Assembly: GCA_010093605.1 (NCBI GenBank)
Contig: MU004186.1
Location: forward strand, 513,765 to 577,764
DNA from: Lophium mytilinum
Lineage: Eukaryota
Direction: 5' to 3'
DNA length: 64,000 nucleotides
Below are positions 36,468 through 48,000 of this stretch, piece after piece. The notes beneath the pieces were generated by a model. The model ran no database searches. It was not told the DNA's origin and saw only the letters and a program-made list of their open reading frames with translations. The position numbers and the translations under genes are program-made. The first letter of the stretch is position 1. Every line of letters starts with the position of its first letter.

Positions 36468-38078
36468 GGTGAGATCGAGGGTGCGCAGTCAAGAAATGTG
36501 GGATAGCATTTTGGTGGGTGGTGGAAGGGGTGACGCAGTTCTTGGCATGTTCTTCTCACCACCGCATCACGGCTTATGTCACGATTTGATTTCATCCAGC
36601 GTTCACTTTCTAGTGTCTCAACTATGCAGCGCAAGTTCAAAGTCTAGCTCTAGGGTTCTAGTCTGTGCACTGCTTCTTATGATTGCTCAGGGTGCCTCTA
36701 TGCAAGTTGAAGAGCCTTGACTGAATACCAATCCGTCACTATTATCAGCCCAGTACCCATATATGGTATCCCAGGAGCCAGGAGCCGGGTATGAGGAATG
36801 TCTCCTACTCGAAGATGAGAATAAAGCATATACATGAAAGGTACCTCCACCCAAACTAATAGGACGAGCTCCTACCAGTGTCTGCTATCACCTTCGATAT
36901 CTGGGTCTGACTATAGAGGGAAGAAGGAGAGACTGGTTAAAGAGACACCAAGACCCAAAGAGGCGAACAGGTGGTATTTCTTCTTTCACGCAACTCACTT
37001 TATTAAAGACCACTGGCTATCGTATACTTTTCTCTACAACGCATTACCTTATCTACGAACCGATAGACCTATTTGCCACTCGACATCAGCGCCAGAAGCC
37101 AGGTTCTTTCTTGCCTATGGACAAGATACGTTCCGATCGAAACATCTATGCTGTGTCGAAGCGTACCAACCAGTGGGAGGTTCATGTAGACAACTGTCGT
37201 GGCACTGTGCTGGCAAGTTTACTACTATGGCGCCTCTTTATGTTCCTTCAACGTAGTCTTCCCCTAGAGATGATAGATCTCGCCCGAAATAAGGGTACCC
37301 AACCCAGTTCTTGACTCAATTCAAAATCCTGGAAGGAGGTGCTTCGTTAGAGGATACGGTGCTGACGTAGAGACGTATTTGGGGCTGTCATCCATCTTCA
37401 TCAGACCTAAACGTATCACATCAGCCTTTTCTGCCTAGTATGTCCTATGGAGGAGGTATGGTCCGGGGTATATTTCCCTTCTCGCTGTGGTCATCCGCTG
37501 CTTCATTGATATCCATACGCGCTTGGAGCAACATTGAAGAGGTAGGCGCAGAGTTCCAAAAGGGTAAACGAAGATTCCGATGACTCGAAACACGGAGGAA
37601 TTTGCCTACTGCTAAACTGTCAGACCGGTCAAAAATCAAGGGCTGCTTATTCTTGGCCTTGCTCACCTGTCACTTTAACCTTGCTCTTGGAGAAGTTGCT
37701 TTTTCAGTGGCTTGATACATCAAGTCTGATGACCTCCAGGGCTGTGAGCTAAGAGTAGCATTGTGTTCGTCACCCCTTGACTCTGAATCCTGCGAATTGG
37801 GCTTCTTGACGTACTCGAGTTCCCATTACAGTACTCTATCGTTCCATTGCCAGAGAGTGGTTCCAAGGTAAGTAGCCGCAAGTCAAGAGCTTCTGACGGG
37901 TCGTCCTCCCTACAAATTAGAAAGCCACCAAGACTAAGTGATCAGATCTGCGTCGGTTTTACTCATACCTCGTTGTCAAATCCAAGAAGTACTCACTGAT
38001 CCAAACGAACTTCATGTGTCAGGCCACTCATCACACCACACGCACATCTTGTCTGCATGCTCAAAACTTACAGTAACA

Positions 38079-39814
38079 ATGTCGACTCTGCTTTTGTCGG
38101 GGGCTATGCGGTTCGCCGTGCCCGGAATCAGAGATGCTTCCCGTATCTCAGCCGCAACCCTGTTCGTTAGTCACCGTCCTCGGCGACGTTTCAGTCAGCT
38201 GCCAGCAGCCAAGAGACAGCCTTATTGGCAGAAGATTCATCTTTGGAAAGATGTGTCTGAAGAACAGTTCCTTAGCTACCGATGGCAGGTGAGGAGATAT
38301 CATACTACCCTCGGTCATACCCTTTACTAACGAACACCGACAGGTTGCTAATTCAATTCAAGGTACATCGAAGCTCTCGGCCTTCCTTACCAACGTTCTA
38401 CCCAATATCATACCACACACTGCACGCTCTGAATCTCGTCATGGTCACATCAAAACTCGTAACAACCTCATCGAGGATATGTTGGAAGGCCTTGGGAAAG
38501 CTCCAATGGCCCTTAGGGTGACGCCACATATCTTGAGTGTGATAGACTGGAAAATTCCACTGGAAGATCCAATATTTCGCCAATTTCTCCCCCTTGGATC
38601 AAATATATTACCAGATCATCCCATGTTGACGTTGGATTCGCTGCAAGAGGAGGCCGACTCACGTCAGTTATAATCTCCTTACGATAGAAGCGGGCTCACC
38701 ATACTTTAGCTGTTCCTGGACTTATACATCGATATCCTGATAAGGTTCTTTTCCTTGGTAGGTCAGACAACACCCAGGACAATGTCACAGGGAAAGCATC
38801 TCGCGCGCCCAGTTCCACCGTGTATTCTCTCTACCTAGCAAGCACATCTACCTTGATCAGCTGCTGAAAGATTTCATAGCTACGTCTGTATGTCCAATTT
38901 ACTGCCGTTTCTGTACACGATCCTATGCCGTGGGTGCGAACACCGATACTGTAGCGAAACATTCACAGAAGCCCTCACGGAAGCGATGGGAAGCTATGTA
39001 CTTTTATATCGAACGTACTCCGAAGATAAGCGACATCGTCGTCTCCGGCGGAGATGCGTACTACCTACAACCCGAACACGTTGTGGAGATTGGGACAAGG
39101 TATTTTTGACGATGTTGCGAGGTTTGACTTTGCTAATGGGCAGTCCAAGACTTCTCTCAATACCTCACATCCGTCGCATTCGATACGCCTCCAAGGGCCT
39201 CGCGGTCTGCCCAAGCCGGATTCTAGACACCAAAGATGCTTGGGCCGCGGCTTTGATTTCTCTATCCAATCGCGGAAGGGAAAGGGGAAAGCACGTTGCT
39301 CTGCATACCCACTTCAACCATCCGAACGAGATCTCATGGGTTACTGAGCTTGCGGCACAATATTTATATGAGAAAGGGGTCGTGGTACGAAATCAGACAG
39401 TCTTGTTGCGTGGTGTAAACGACGACGTGGATACCATGAGATCTCTGATTAGAAGACTGGCGGATATGAATGTTCAACCGGTAATCCTATTACCTTATCT
39501 GTATTAGTCATACGAAGAGTAAACCGTTAACATTGCCGTAGTACTATGTTTACCAGGGCGACATGGTCCGTGGAATAGAGGACCTCCGAACCCCTTTACA
39601 GACAATACTAGACCTAGAAGAAAACATTCGAGGGACTATCGCGGGCTTTCTGACTCCGTCCTTCGTTGTAGATTTGCCAGGTGGTGGTGGGAAGAGACTC
39701 GCCGCTTCTTACCGGACCTATGATCGCAAATCTGGAGTCTCGGCCTTCGTGGCTCCTAATGTCAAGGGTGGGCAAACAGTGTACAAGTACTATGACCCAG
39801 TCGCGAACAACTGA
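38079..39814 (+). CDS. L-lysine 2,3-aminomutase (KamA/EpmB-like radical SAM, PLP-dependent), 6 exons, probable mitochondrial presequence
   Basis: Spliced product [24 protein letters not shown] (CxxxCxxC), VVSGGD, HTHFNHPNEI, VRNQTVLLRGVND, QPYYVYQGD and FVVDLPGGGGK (PLP lysine). Confidence 0.9.
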
Positions 39815-40239
39815 GCGACTTCTATCACATAGTTATTCAACCTTTCCGAACTGTTTCCTAGCTTTAGTTGACCTATCTTTCGCATAATTCTTGAGAGTCT
39901 TGGAGAATGACAAAATGCTTCGGGAGAACCCCCGTGTTGCATCGCTGCTGAATAATAAGGTTTATCTGGTGTTCGTATCTGTAGCTTTCAGAGATTAACA
40001 ATTCTTGTGCACCTGAAAACCTTACTGGGGCACTCCTATATGTTATATTTAGATGCATGGACAGCATCGAAATGAAAACTCAAAATACAATTTTGGAAGA
40101 TTAATAACTGTTTTGATTGGTCGTAGCACTATTGGAGCACCTTACGCGAAGTATAGAAGCTGTATTAAGACTAAGGGACTAATACAGGTTTGGGTATAAT
40201 GCAGAACAAAAAGACCACGACGCCGCTAGTTCTGGGCAC

Positions 40240-41793
40240 CTATCTACAGAAGCGCTCCCTCAGATTCCAGGCATCATCTGTGCCGTAGTCATCTAGCCAT
40301 CGTGCGACGATGCCGCTACCAAAGCCGTCAATAGCCTGGATAGCTAACTCAACCTCGACTTTCGGAGTAGAGTTGTTGAATTCCTCCACCCATTGCGGCT
40401 CAAGCTCGCTCATCTCATTTAAGAAAACCTTTCGCAATTGTCCGCATTCGTATTCCCGCAAGTGTTCCCAGAATAGCGAATTTATTCCTTCATTGTCCAA
40501 AGGGTCTTCTTCAACGTAATCCATTTCATCTGAATTGTCTGCCGCGTATGTATTTCGCTGTGGCTCTTCATCCCGCACCGGACCTGCAAGTAGTTGTGGG
40601 AACTGGCAGGCTAGCCAGACAGGTAGCGCCGAGACGCACTCCCAATCGATGATGGCAGTGATCTTTCCGGCCTCATCGACTAAAATATTCTGCCAAGAGA
40701 GATCATCGTGGAAGAGAACGCTAGAAACGGGCTCATCGGGAGGGAACACGCTGGGTAGGATCTCCAAGATCCTCTCGGCGCTTTCTTTAGCGGTTTCCGC
40801 GTCTTCAATATCGTCTTCATCCTCTGAGGTGTCGAGAGTCCGGTTTTGGTCGGTGAGTATCATGGATAATCTCATACGCATCCATTCGTAACTGCTTCTG
40901 AAAGGCCCTCGTGTAACGTCATGAGAGATGTGATCACCTAGGAAGAAGATAATGGAAACGATACGACCGAGAGTAAATTGTGGGTTTTCGACGTCCCTTT
41001 GAAGACCTTGAATGTCCTTCGACCCACGTTCGATGTCTAAGTCTCTAGTTGATTCGGTAAGGGGTGTACGGAAACCAATGGAAGCTCCGATACTCCGGAT
41101 CCTCATTATGAGTCGTTCGTTAAACCAGGCTAGACTCGAGAAAAGACCTGTCCTCAAACGAGCACCCAGTGAGAAGATCACAGAGACTGCGCTGGCCCAC
41201 GTAGATCGCGCTCTGGCTCCAAAAGAATGGGATTGCCGTCGAAGTGGTTGCGTATGCGCCTGGAGGTCCTGTATAGGGGCGACAGCTTGCGTAGAAGAGC
41301 TGTAGATGTTCCCGATGCCCCGGAATCTTCGTCGGAAGAGCTTCGCTTGGTATCGAGCAAGCTGTTTGATCAGTTCTTCTTTGGCTTTCATCGGTAGCTT
41401 TCTCCACTTCTTGCGCAACGGCTGGCCTGGCACTAACTCCATGAGGATCCATTCGAAGCCAAGTTCATTGGCGTTTGTAGCATCAAAAGCGAGAATCCTC
41501 GGAACTGGGACCTGCGCCTCCTCGCGCACATATTCAATCGTTGCAACCTCGCTCAATGTTTTGTGATGTGGATCGACAGGCAAAGTCACTCGCATCAAGA
41601 ATGATCCTTGGTCAGAATCCACTCTGTAGAGTTTGTTGAAAGCTCCCTCGGCGAAGAATCGAGCTTTGAAGGTACCCGCCAGATACTTAGAGGCAAGTTT
41701 TCCGATGACTTCGATATCGGGTTCCTTCGTCCAGCGAGGCATCAGGCCGTGGATGCCATTCTCCACCCATTCGAGGCCTTGCTGCTCGGCCAT
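40240..41793 (-). CDS. Aminoglycoside-phosphotransferase (APH)-like kinase, intronless
   Basis: FFAEGAFNKLY, SEVATIEYVR, VPVPRILAFD, GFEWILME, the Brenner-type motif HDDLSWQNILVD and IIDWE. Confidence 0.88.
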   Translation of the reverse strand: MAEQQGLEWVENGIHGLMPRWTKEPDIEVIGKLASKYLAGTFKARFFAEGAFNKLYRVDSDQGSFLMRVTLPVDPHHKTLSEVATIEYVREEAQVPVPRILAFDATNANELGFEWILMELVPGQPLRKKWRKLPMKAKEELIKQLARYQAKLFRRRFRGIGNIYSSSTQAVAPIQDLQAHTQPLRRQSHSFGARARSTWASAVSVIFSLGARLRTGLFSSLAWFNERLIMRIRSIGASIGFRTPLTESTRDLDIERGSKDIQGLQRDVENPQFTLGRIVSIIFFLGDHISHDVTRGPFRSSYEWMRMRLSMILTDQNRTLDTSEDEDDIEDAETAKESAERILEILPSVFPPDEPVSSVLFHDDLSWQNILVDEAGKITAIIDWECVSALPVWLACQFPQLLAGPVRDEEPQRNTYAADNSDEMDYVEEDPLDNEGINSLFWEHLREYECGQLRKVFLNEMSELEPQWVEEFNNSTPKVEVELAIQAIDGFGSGIVARWLDDYGTDDAWNLRERFCR

Positions 41794-42615
41794 GCTTGCA
41801 GAAAAAGACCGTCCAGAAAATAGAAGAAGATTCTAAACTTCGAAGGAAGGTACGCAATAATGCGAGGGGTTTGAGGGGGAGTGTGGTGTTTGACAAGCTG
41901 TGGTGAAGAGGAAATGGAGGTGAGAGGGCGGGCGGCACAGGTTAATTTATAAAGGTGAAGCGCGGACCACGTGTTCAAGACTTCATCCATTTAATGGATG
42001 AGCTGGCGAGCATACATGACCTCTCCGCCAACCAATTTCACCATTCACCAATCGCCTCAACATTTCTGCTGACTTCACCAAAGTAAGTCGAGGCAAGTCA
42101 GGCAGCGGCAGACCAGTGTACACGGGTTACCGATGAGGTCGACTTCCAAGCAGTTTGCATTCATCAGCCCGCTTGGAAGGAACTCTTGCTGTGAGAAGAA
42201 ACCCCACTACAAATGCTAACTCAATGAAACTTTGTGAAGACCACCTCCCTGAAACATACTGTGCATGGGCAACTGTTTGATATTCTGGGCAGTGAGGCGC
42301 AGGCGCTTATATGCTGCTTTTCTTAGAGCATCATATCGTTGCGGCACAGCGGGCGCTTCCATACTGAAGTCTATAACAAGCGTTCAGGAGCTAAGTCTGT
42401 GTGCAATTCCTTAACGCGAACAACTCTTCAATCTACCTTCACTCCTCTCCTTTACATAACACACAACGCGCTGTCATAGCTGGAGTGAATTGTCAAGTGG
42501 GCCACGCCGATTCCTCTGCTATATAAAGATCTAGCCTTACCGTTTCCTCGTCTACAACCTAAACCGCACGCTGCAACTAGTTCAATCTATCAAATCATCT
42601 ACAAATTCAGCAACT

Positions 42616-42997
42616 ATGGGCAAGAACGAGAAGAAGGTCAAGGAGTTCATAGAGAACATCCCCGACTCTAAGCTATTAGGCTTCGGAACAAATGGAAAAA
42701 CTATTCACACCGATGTCAACTTGAGGCTCGACATGCAGGGAGTATGAAAAGGTCACAATATACGTATAAGCAACTACTAATTGTGAATAGATGACGAGCT
42801 CTAAGCCACCTACTCACAACCTCCAAGTCCAAGTCAACAAGGGATGCCGCATCACGTCGCTTGCGCTGATCGCCCCTGACTCGGTGGCCATGGTCTTCAA
42901 CGTCCCTGAGGACGGATCATGGACACCGCAGCAGATCAAGGAGAAGCTGATTGCTTCGATCGACGTGACCCCTAGTCGTGGTCGTCGTCGCCGTTAG
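42616..42997 (+). CDS. Small (~110 aa) hypothetical protein, 2 exons (42616-42741, 42791-42997)
   Basis: TATAAA near 42522, an A/C-rich leader, and a GTATGA...CTAA...TAG intron that joins MGKNEKKVKEFIENIPDSKL...RLDMQG to MTSSKPPTHNLQVQVNKG in frame. Confidence 0.7.
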
Positions 42998-43402
42998 AGG
43001 GTCCCCTTTGCAGCGTTTCAACACTATCTGAGGTGGCCCAGAGGACTGTTAGTTTTGCCAGAAGGGCGTTTTGGCGAGGATAATAATATGTCAGAGGACC
43101 TCAAACCTTGGTAAACAATTGTACACACATGGAAATCTGTGCCCGAATGCTTGAACATACCTTGTCACGTGATATCGAACTATTCTGCTGCCAAGCCCGC
43201 TGGCCGCCTTCCCAAAACACCAAACTTTCTATCACCACGCGCCTCCAGCTGTCCATCAACACACCACAGACCCCACACCCTCCAGCCTCGACGCACATCC
43301 ACACGACTGCTCGCCTCTTCACAGCTCACCCACGAACATCCACCCAGCTCCGAAAGCGCCCCTACAAACCCACCCTCCACCCACCCCCCAACCTACCTCA
43401 CC

Positions 43403-44155
43403 ATGGCCCGCAATAGCGAAAAAGCCCAATCCATGCTCTTCCGCTTCCGCGCCGCGCAAGCCGCCGACCTCGGCATCCTCGACATCGCACGCACCCGCCG
43501 TCCCAAACTCATCACCACCATCGACAGCATCCCCGTGTGCGAAAAATGGCGCGGCCAAGTCCTCAAAGAAATCTCCCGCAAAGTCTCGAAAATCCAGGAC
43601 ACCGCGCTCTCCGACTTCCAGATCCGCGACCTCAACGACGAGATCAACAAACTCATGCGCGAGAAGCACATGTGGGAGGTGCAGGTGCGGAATCTGGGCG
43701 GGCCGAATTATATGAGGGGTGGTAGGGTGCTGGATGAGGAGGGGAGGGAGGTTCCGGGGGGCGGGAAGGGGTATAGGTATTTTGGGCGGGCGAGGGAGTT
43801 GCCCGGGGTGAAGGAGTTGTTTGAGGCGCAGAAGAGGCCGGTGGATGAGGGGGGGGATGAGAGGGGCGCGGAGAGGAGGGAGATGCGGCAGAGGGTGGAT
43901 GCGGGGTATTATGGGTATAATTTGGATGAGGAGGATGGGGTGTTGGTGGCGTATGAGAAGGGGAGGGAGGAGGAGTCGAGGAGGCGGTTTTTGGAGGAGG
44001 GGGATGGTGATACTGGCAGGAAGGGAGGGAAGGAGTGGGTTGAGCTGCCGGGCGATGCGGGAGATGGGGTGGGTTGGAGGTTGCCGACTTTGGATGAGGT
44101 GCAGGATGAGTTGGTGGAGCGGAGGCGACGGAAGCTGTTGGATAAATTTGCTTGA
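43403..44155 (+). CDS. ISY1: Pre-mRNA splicing factor Isy1 (NTC component)
   Basis: MARNSEKAQSMLFRF, CEKWRGQVLKEISRKV, IRDLNDEINKLMREK, LGGPNY and YRYFGRARELPGVKELF. Confidence 0.95.
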   Translation: MARNSEKAQSMLFRFRAAQAADLGILDIARTRRPKLITTIDSIPVCEKWRGQVLKEISRKVSKIQDTALSDFQIRDLNDEINKLMREKHMWEVQVRNLGGPNYMRGGRVLDEEGREVPGGGKGYRYFGRARELPGVKELFEAQKRPVDEGGDERGAERREMRQRVDAGYYGYNLDEEDGVLVAYEKGREEESRRRFLEEGDGDTGRKGGKEWVELPGDAGDGVGWRLPTLDEVQDELVERRRRKLLDKFA

Positions 44156-45076
44156 GCGATGGAGGCAAGACTGTGTTAGACAGTTGGAGCGGTGGAGCAT
44201 GCAACACACCCAGGAGAATGGTCAGATAGGGCTGGGAAGGCCTATGGCATTGTAATATTTCAAAATTGATACCACAGGAACACAACGATGTGCTTTCATT
44301 AAGAGACGTTCTTAAACTACCTCTGTGACGCGATCTGAATCCCGGATAGGATCTTTTATTGGCACCGAAGAACTCTGAAAGGTGGCAAAAGTGGGCATAG
44401 ATTGGTCTCAAGTCAAAGTTATCATCATCACAATCGATCAGGGCGAAATTCGCAATTTAGATCATTTCCAATTGTAGCAATACCGACTTACTAGCAGTCT
44501 AGAATCCAACCCGGACCCGCCAGCACGCAGCAAACCCAGACATTAAGTACCAAAACCCCGCTCGCTCAGTGCACCACAAAAGAAAAAAACCACGCTCGGT
44601 GATAAGGGCTAATAAGGATCGCAATCAAGAACTAAGAAGACGAAAAGGAAACCGACTAGGCGTCGTGTGAGATTTAAAGATTGTAATAGAGCAGGAGAGG
44701 TCAGGCAAGACAAGGCCATCAAGAAGAGCAAGCCGTAGGAAAAAAAAGGGGGCAAAGGCCAGAAATCAGAGATCATTATGCACACTGCTGGTTCCAGTTC
44801 TTAGCCCACCGATAACCCCCAGCCCAAAGCGCAAGTATCCCAAGTGCACGAACGCCGGCCCAGATCCATCGCTTGCGGCTGTACCCTTTTGCGAGAGCCT
44901 TGGCTTCAAAAAGAGTGAACGCTGGAGAGAGGTAAGAAAAGGGAGAGGATGTGGCTCGAGGTGATGTAGGAACCAAAGCTAGGAAATTCATCAGTCAGAT
45001 TGACTTTCGATGGTGATTGCCAACGACGAACAGGGCAAAGGAAAAATACACGGTGTAGGGAACAGGTGGAGGAGGT

Positions 45077-48000
45077 TTAATGACCATTCGCGCCGTCCGC
45101 CTCTGCGTGGTTATGCGAATTAGTGCGTGAGTGTGAGGTCAGGCCATTCCCGTGGTGGGAATGTCGATGTCGACCCGACCGTGATAACGACCCAACGTCA
45201 TGTTTGCCTACGCAAGTATTAGTAACAGAGTCCAAGGCTTGGACCGAGAACAGCTTACCATCACAGCACGCCCTCACGTTCTCCAGCCGATCCGATTCTT
45301 CTTCCTGCTGCTGAATGATTTGCCGCAGATCATCCGCCGAATCGTGCGGTTCTGTCTGGTACGGTGGAGTATCTTGAACGCTGACCTGGCTCTTACGAGA
45401 CGAGAACGATCCCCTAAGAGCCATGTTAGGTCTGAACATGCCACTCAAGCTACTAAACCGTCCTGACATTGAACCTTGAACGGGCCCTTGGGACGTAGCA
45501 AGCTGAGCGGCCGAGGGCTGTCGAGACCCAAGGGTGGGGTGTTGCGTTCGGTGAGGTGATGATGTCCGTCGACTAGTGTACGAAGAGAGAGACGCTCGCG
45601 ATCGTCCGGTTTGACGAGACGCGCTTCTATTGGCATACGCCGGATTAAACTCTTTCACGTCGTCTTCAGCTTCAGCAGCCTCGCCATCTTGCTCATTGCC
45701 AGTACGCATCAGGAGATACGATAGTGCATTGAACCATGTCTCGTGCCTCTGACTTGTTGTAGCAGTGAACTTCACGCTTCGGCCAGGTGTTAGAATCACC
45801 AGACTCTTGCGATGAAGCCCAGGAGGGTAGGGGTTATCGTCGGTCACGACCTGTACAGCCTGGATGGCTACACTCTTAGCTTTAAGCTGTGCTCGCCCAG
45901 CGGTAACCGGGTTCTGTTCGCTCCAGTACAGTGTTCGTGTATACGGATGCACCCAGAAAAAGCGGCGATGTCGATTTTCCGACATGTTTTCGCTTCCTGC
46001 CTTCCGAGTGTACTTCCATAAGAACTCTCCGATCATAGTCTGCGTAATTGCCTGGATCATGCGGGGATCTGTTGTGGCAGGATCAAAGCCTTCAGGTCCC
46101 ATAGAACCTCCAGCGGCATTGCCGAAGCGTTGATCGATCTCAGAGGTGAACGAGGACATTGAAGACCTCCGGCCAATCGATGAGCCAGCGTCGCTTCGCA
46201 TGGTGCTATTTCGAGGTCGAGGTGTGGCACTGCCTTTGGAAACAGGACTGGCTAACAGGTTTCCACTTTGAGACCGCACCGGGGTTCGTGGTCTGGCCTT
46301 ATACGCAGATGCCGGCATCATTGGCGGGCCCATAACACTGGCCGGTGTCGATGGCCGTATAGGGACCGGGGCGATCAAGGAAGCCTTTTGTGCAGCTGCG
46401 GCAGCTATGACCTGCTTGTGGTCGGCCGGAAGAGGTGGTGGTGAGGCACCACGTGTGCGGCCGCTTCCAGCACTGCCAGGTCTCCTCGGGGTCTTATGAG
46501 GATCAACCATAGTAGCGATATGTTGAGGTTTCTTGGGGCTGGCCGGCGGTGAGTTGAACCGTTTATCGACACCAGTGGCGCCAAGCGTCGCAGAGTTTCG
46601 TTGCTGGGGTTTCATAGCTAGAAGCTTGTCGATTTGATCCGACGATACCATGGTCTGGGTACCTCCGTCACTCGTGATTGTTCGCGGCGAGTGCACAGCT
46701 GTCCCTGGTCGACTCGCAACGGCGGTTTCGTTTTGAGCAATGCTCCGGGGAGCAGCAGGTACAGACATGGGCTCCACTGATGCTGATCTCTCCAATGCCT
46801 TGGGAGGAATCTGGGGAGCTTCTGCTGTTTCGTCGTGGGTTCCGTCTGCACTTGTCTCTGTACTCTTGCCCCATGGAAGGACCGAACTGAAAAAGCCTAG
46901 CGTCTGTTTTGGCTCATCTGCCGCAGAAGACTTTTCCCGCGCGATATCCCCATTTTGTGGAGACGTCGACACTGCTGCTACACGATGGGCCGTTGGAGGC
47001 CTTGAAGGCTCTTGTGGTTCATAATCTTGTTCAATGATTTCGGAGAATGATAGCACAGCTTCACCAAGAACGGGAATGGCCGGTGTCTGATCTCTGCCGT
47101 GAAAGCCTGCAATTGGCGGAAAGCCTGGAACTGTAGGCGACTCGGGCTTCGTCTCTTGGGAAAGAAGAGTAGAAAGCCTCTGTGCTTTTACAGCGGGTAC
47201 AGGCGACAGCGGCTCGGTTTGCTGTTGCGTAATTCCAGAAAATTTAGGAGCAGATGGTACTGGTGGCTCAACAGGCTCAGTCTGCAGCTCCGAAATCGAC
47301 GAGATGTTGAAAGGCGGCGAAGGGAACTTGTCCAGCATTGGCGTTCTAGGCTCGGTCTGTTGTTCGGAAATGGAAGATATGCTTAGAGCAGACACAGTGC
47401 GAGGTTCTTCTGGCTCTGTTGCGACCACAGTCGCAGCGATAGGCTCTGCGGCCGGCTCTGGAACTAGGGGTTTGGTTTGCTGTTCCGATATGGTCGAGAT
47501 GCTGAAGACGGTAGGAGCAGGGGGTTCTTCAGCTTCTTTTGCAAGCACGGCCGCGGCGATGGGCTCTGGGACCAGAGGCTCAGTCTGCTGTTCCGCTATG
47601 GTTGAAATACTGAACACTGGAGTAGGGCGGCTCTCCGCTTCTGTTGCGACTACGGCCGCAGCGATGGGCTCTGCGGTAGGCTCTGGAATGATGGGCTCGG
47701 TTTGCTGTTCCGCTATGGTCGAAATGCCGAAGACAGGGGGAGCAGGAGGGGTCTCAGCTTCTGTTGCTGTTCCAGCATGTGACACAGAAGGTAGTATAGG
47801 CGCGGGAGGCTCGACAGTGATAGGTTCAGTTTCTTGTTCAGAGATGGAAGACATGCTCAGGGCAATTGGAGCATGAGGTTCTTCCAACTCTGTGGTGGTC
47901 CCAGCATGGGAGACAGCTGCCGCTGCTGCCACAGGAGTCTCTTCGAAGATTGCCTTTCCTGGTGAAGCTTCCTCAACAGCGGCTTCGTCCGCACCAGTTG

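Noticed and set aside
36720..37320. Open frames between GET2 and the aminomutase
   Set aside because: Possibly a gene relic, but no identifiable domain or consistent gene structure.
43319..44411. Long antisense and alternative-frame ORFs over ISY1 (296 aa, 252 aa)
   Set aside because: Low-complexity shadows caused by the extreme codon skew of ISY1, with no recognisable domain.
44776..44991. 71-aa hydrophobic ORF downstream of ApsA
   Set aside because: Lies in the probable 3' UTR, with no promoter, splice link or recognisable motif.
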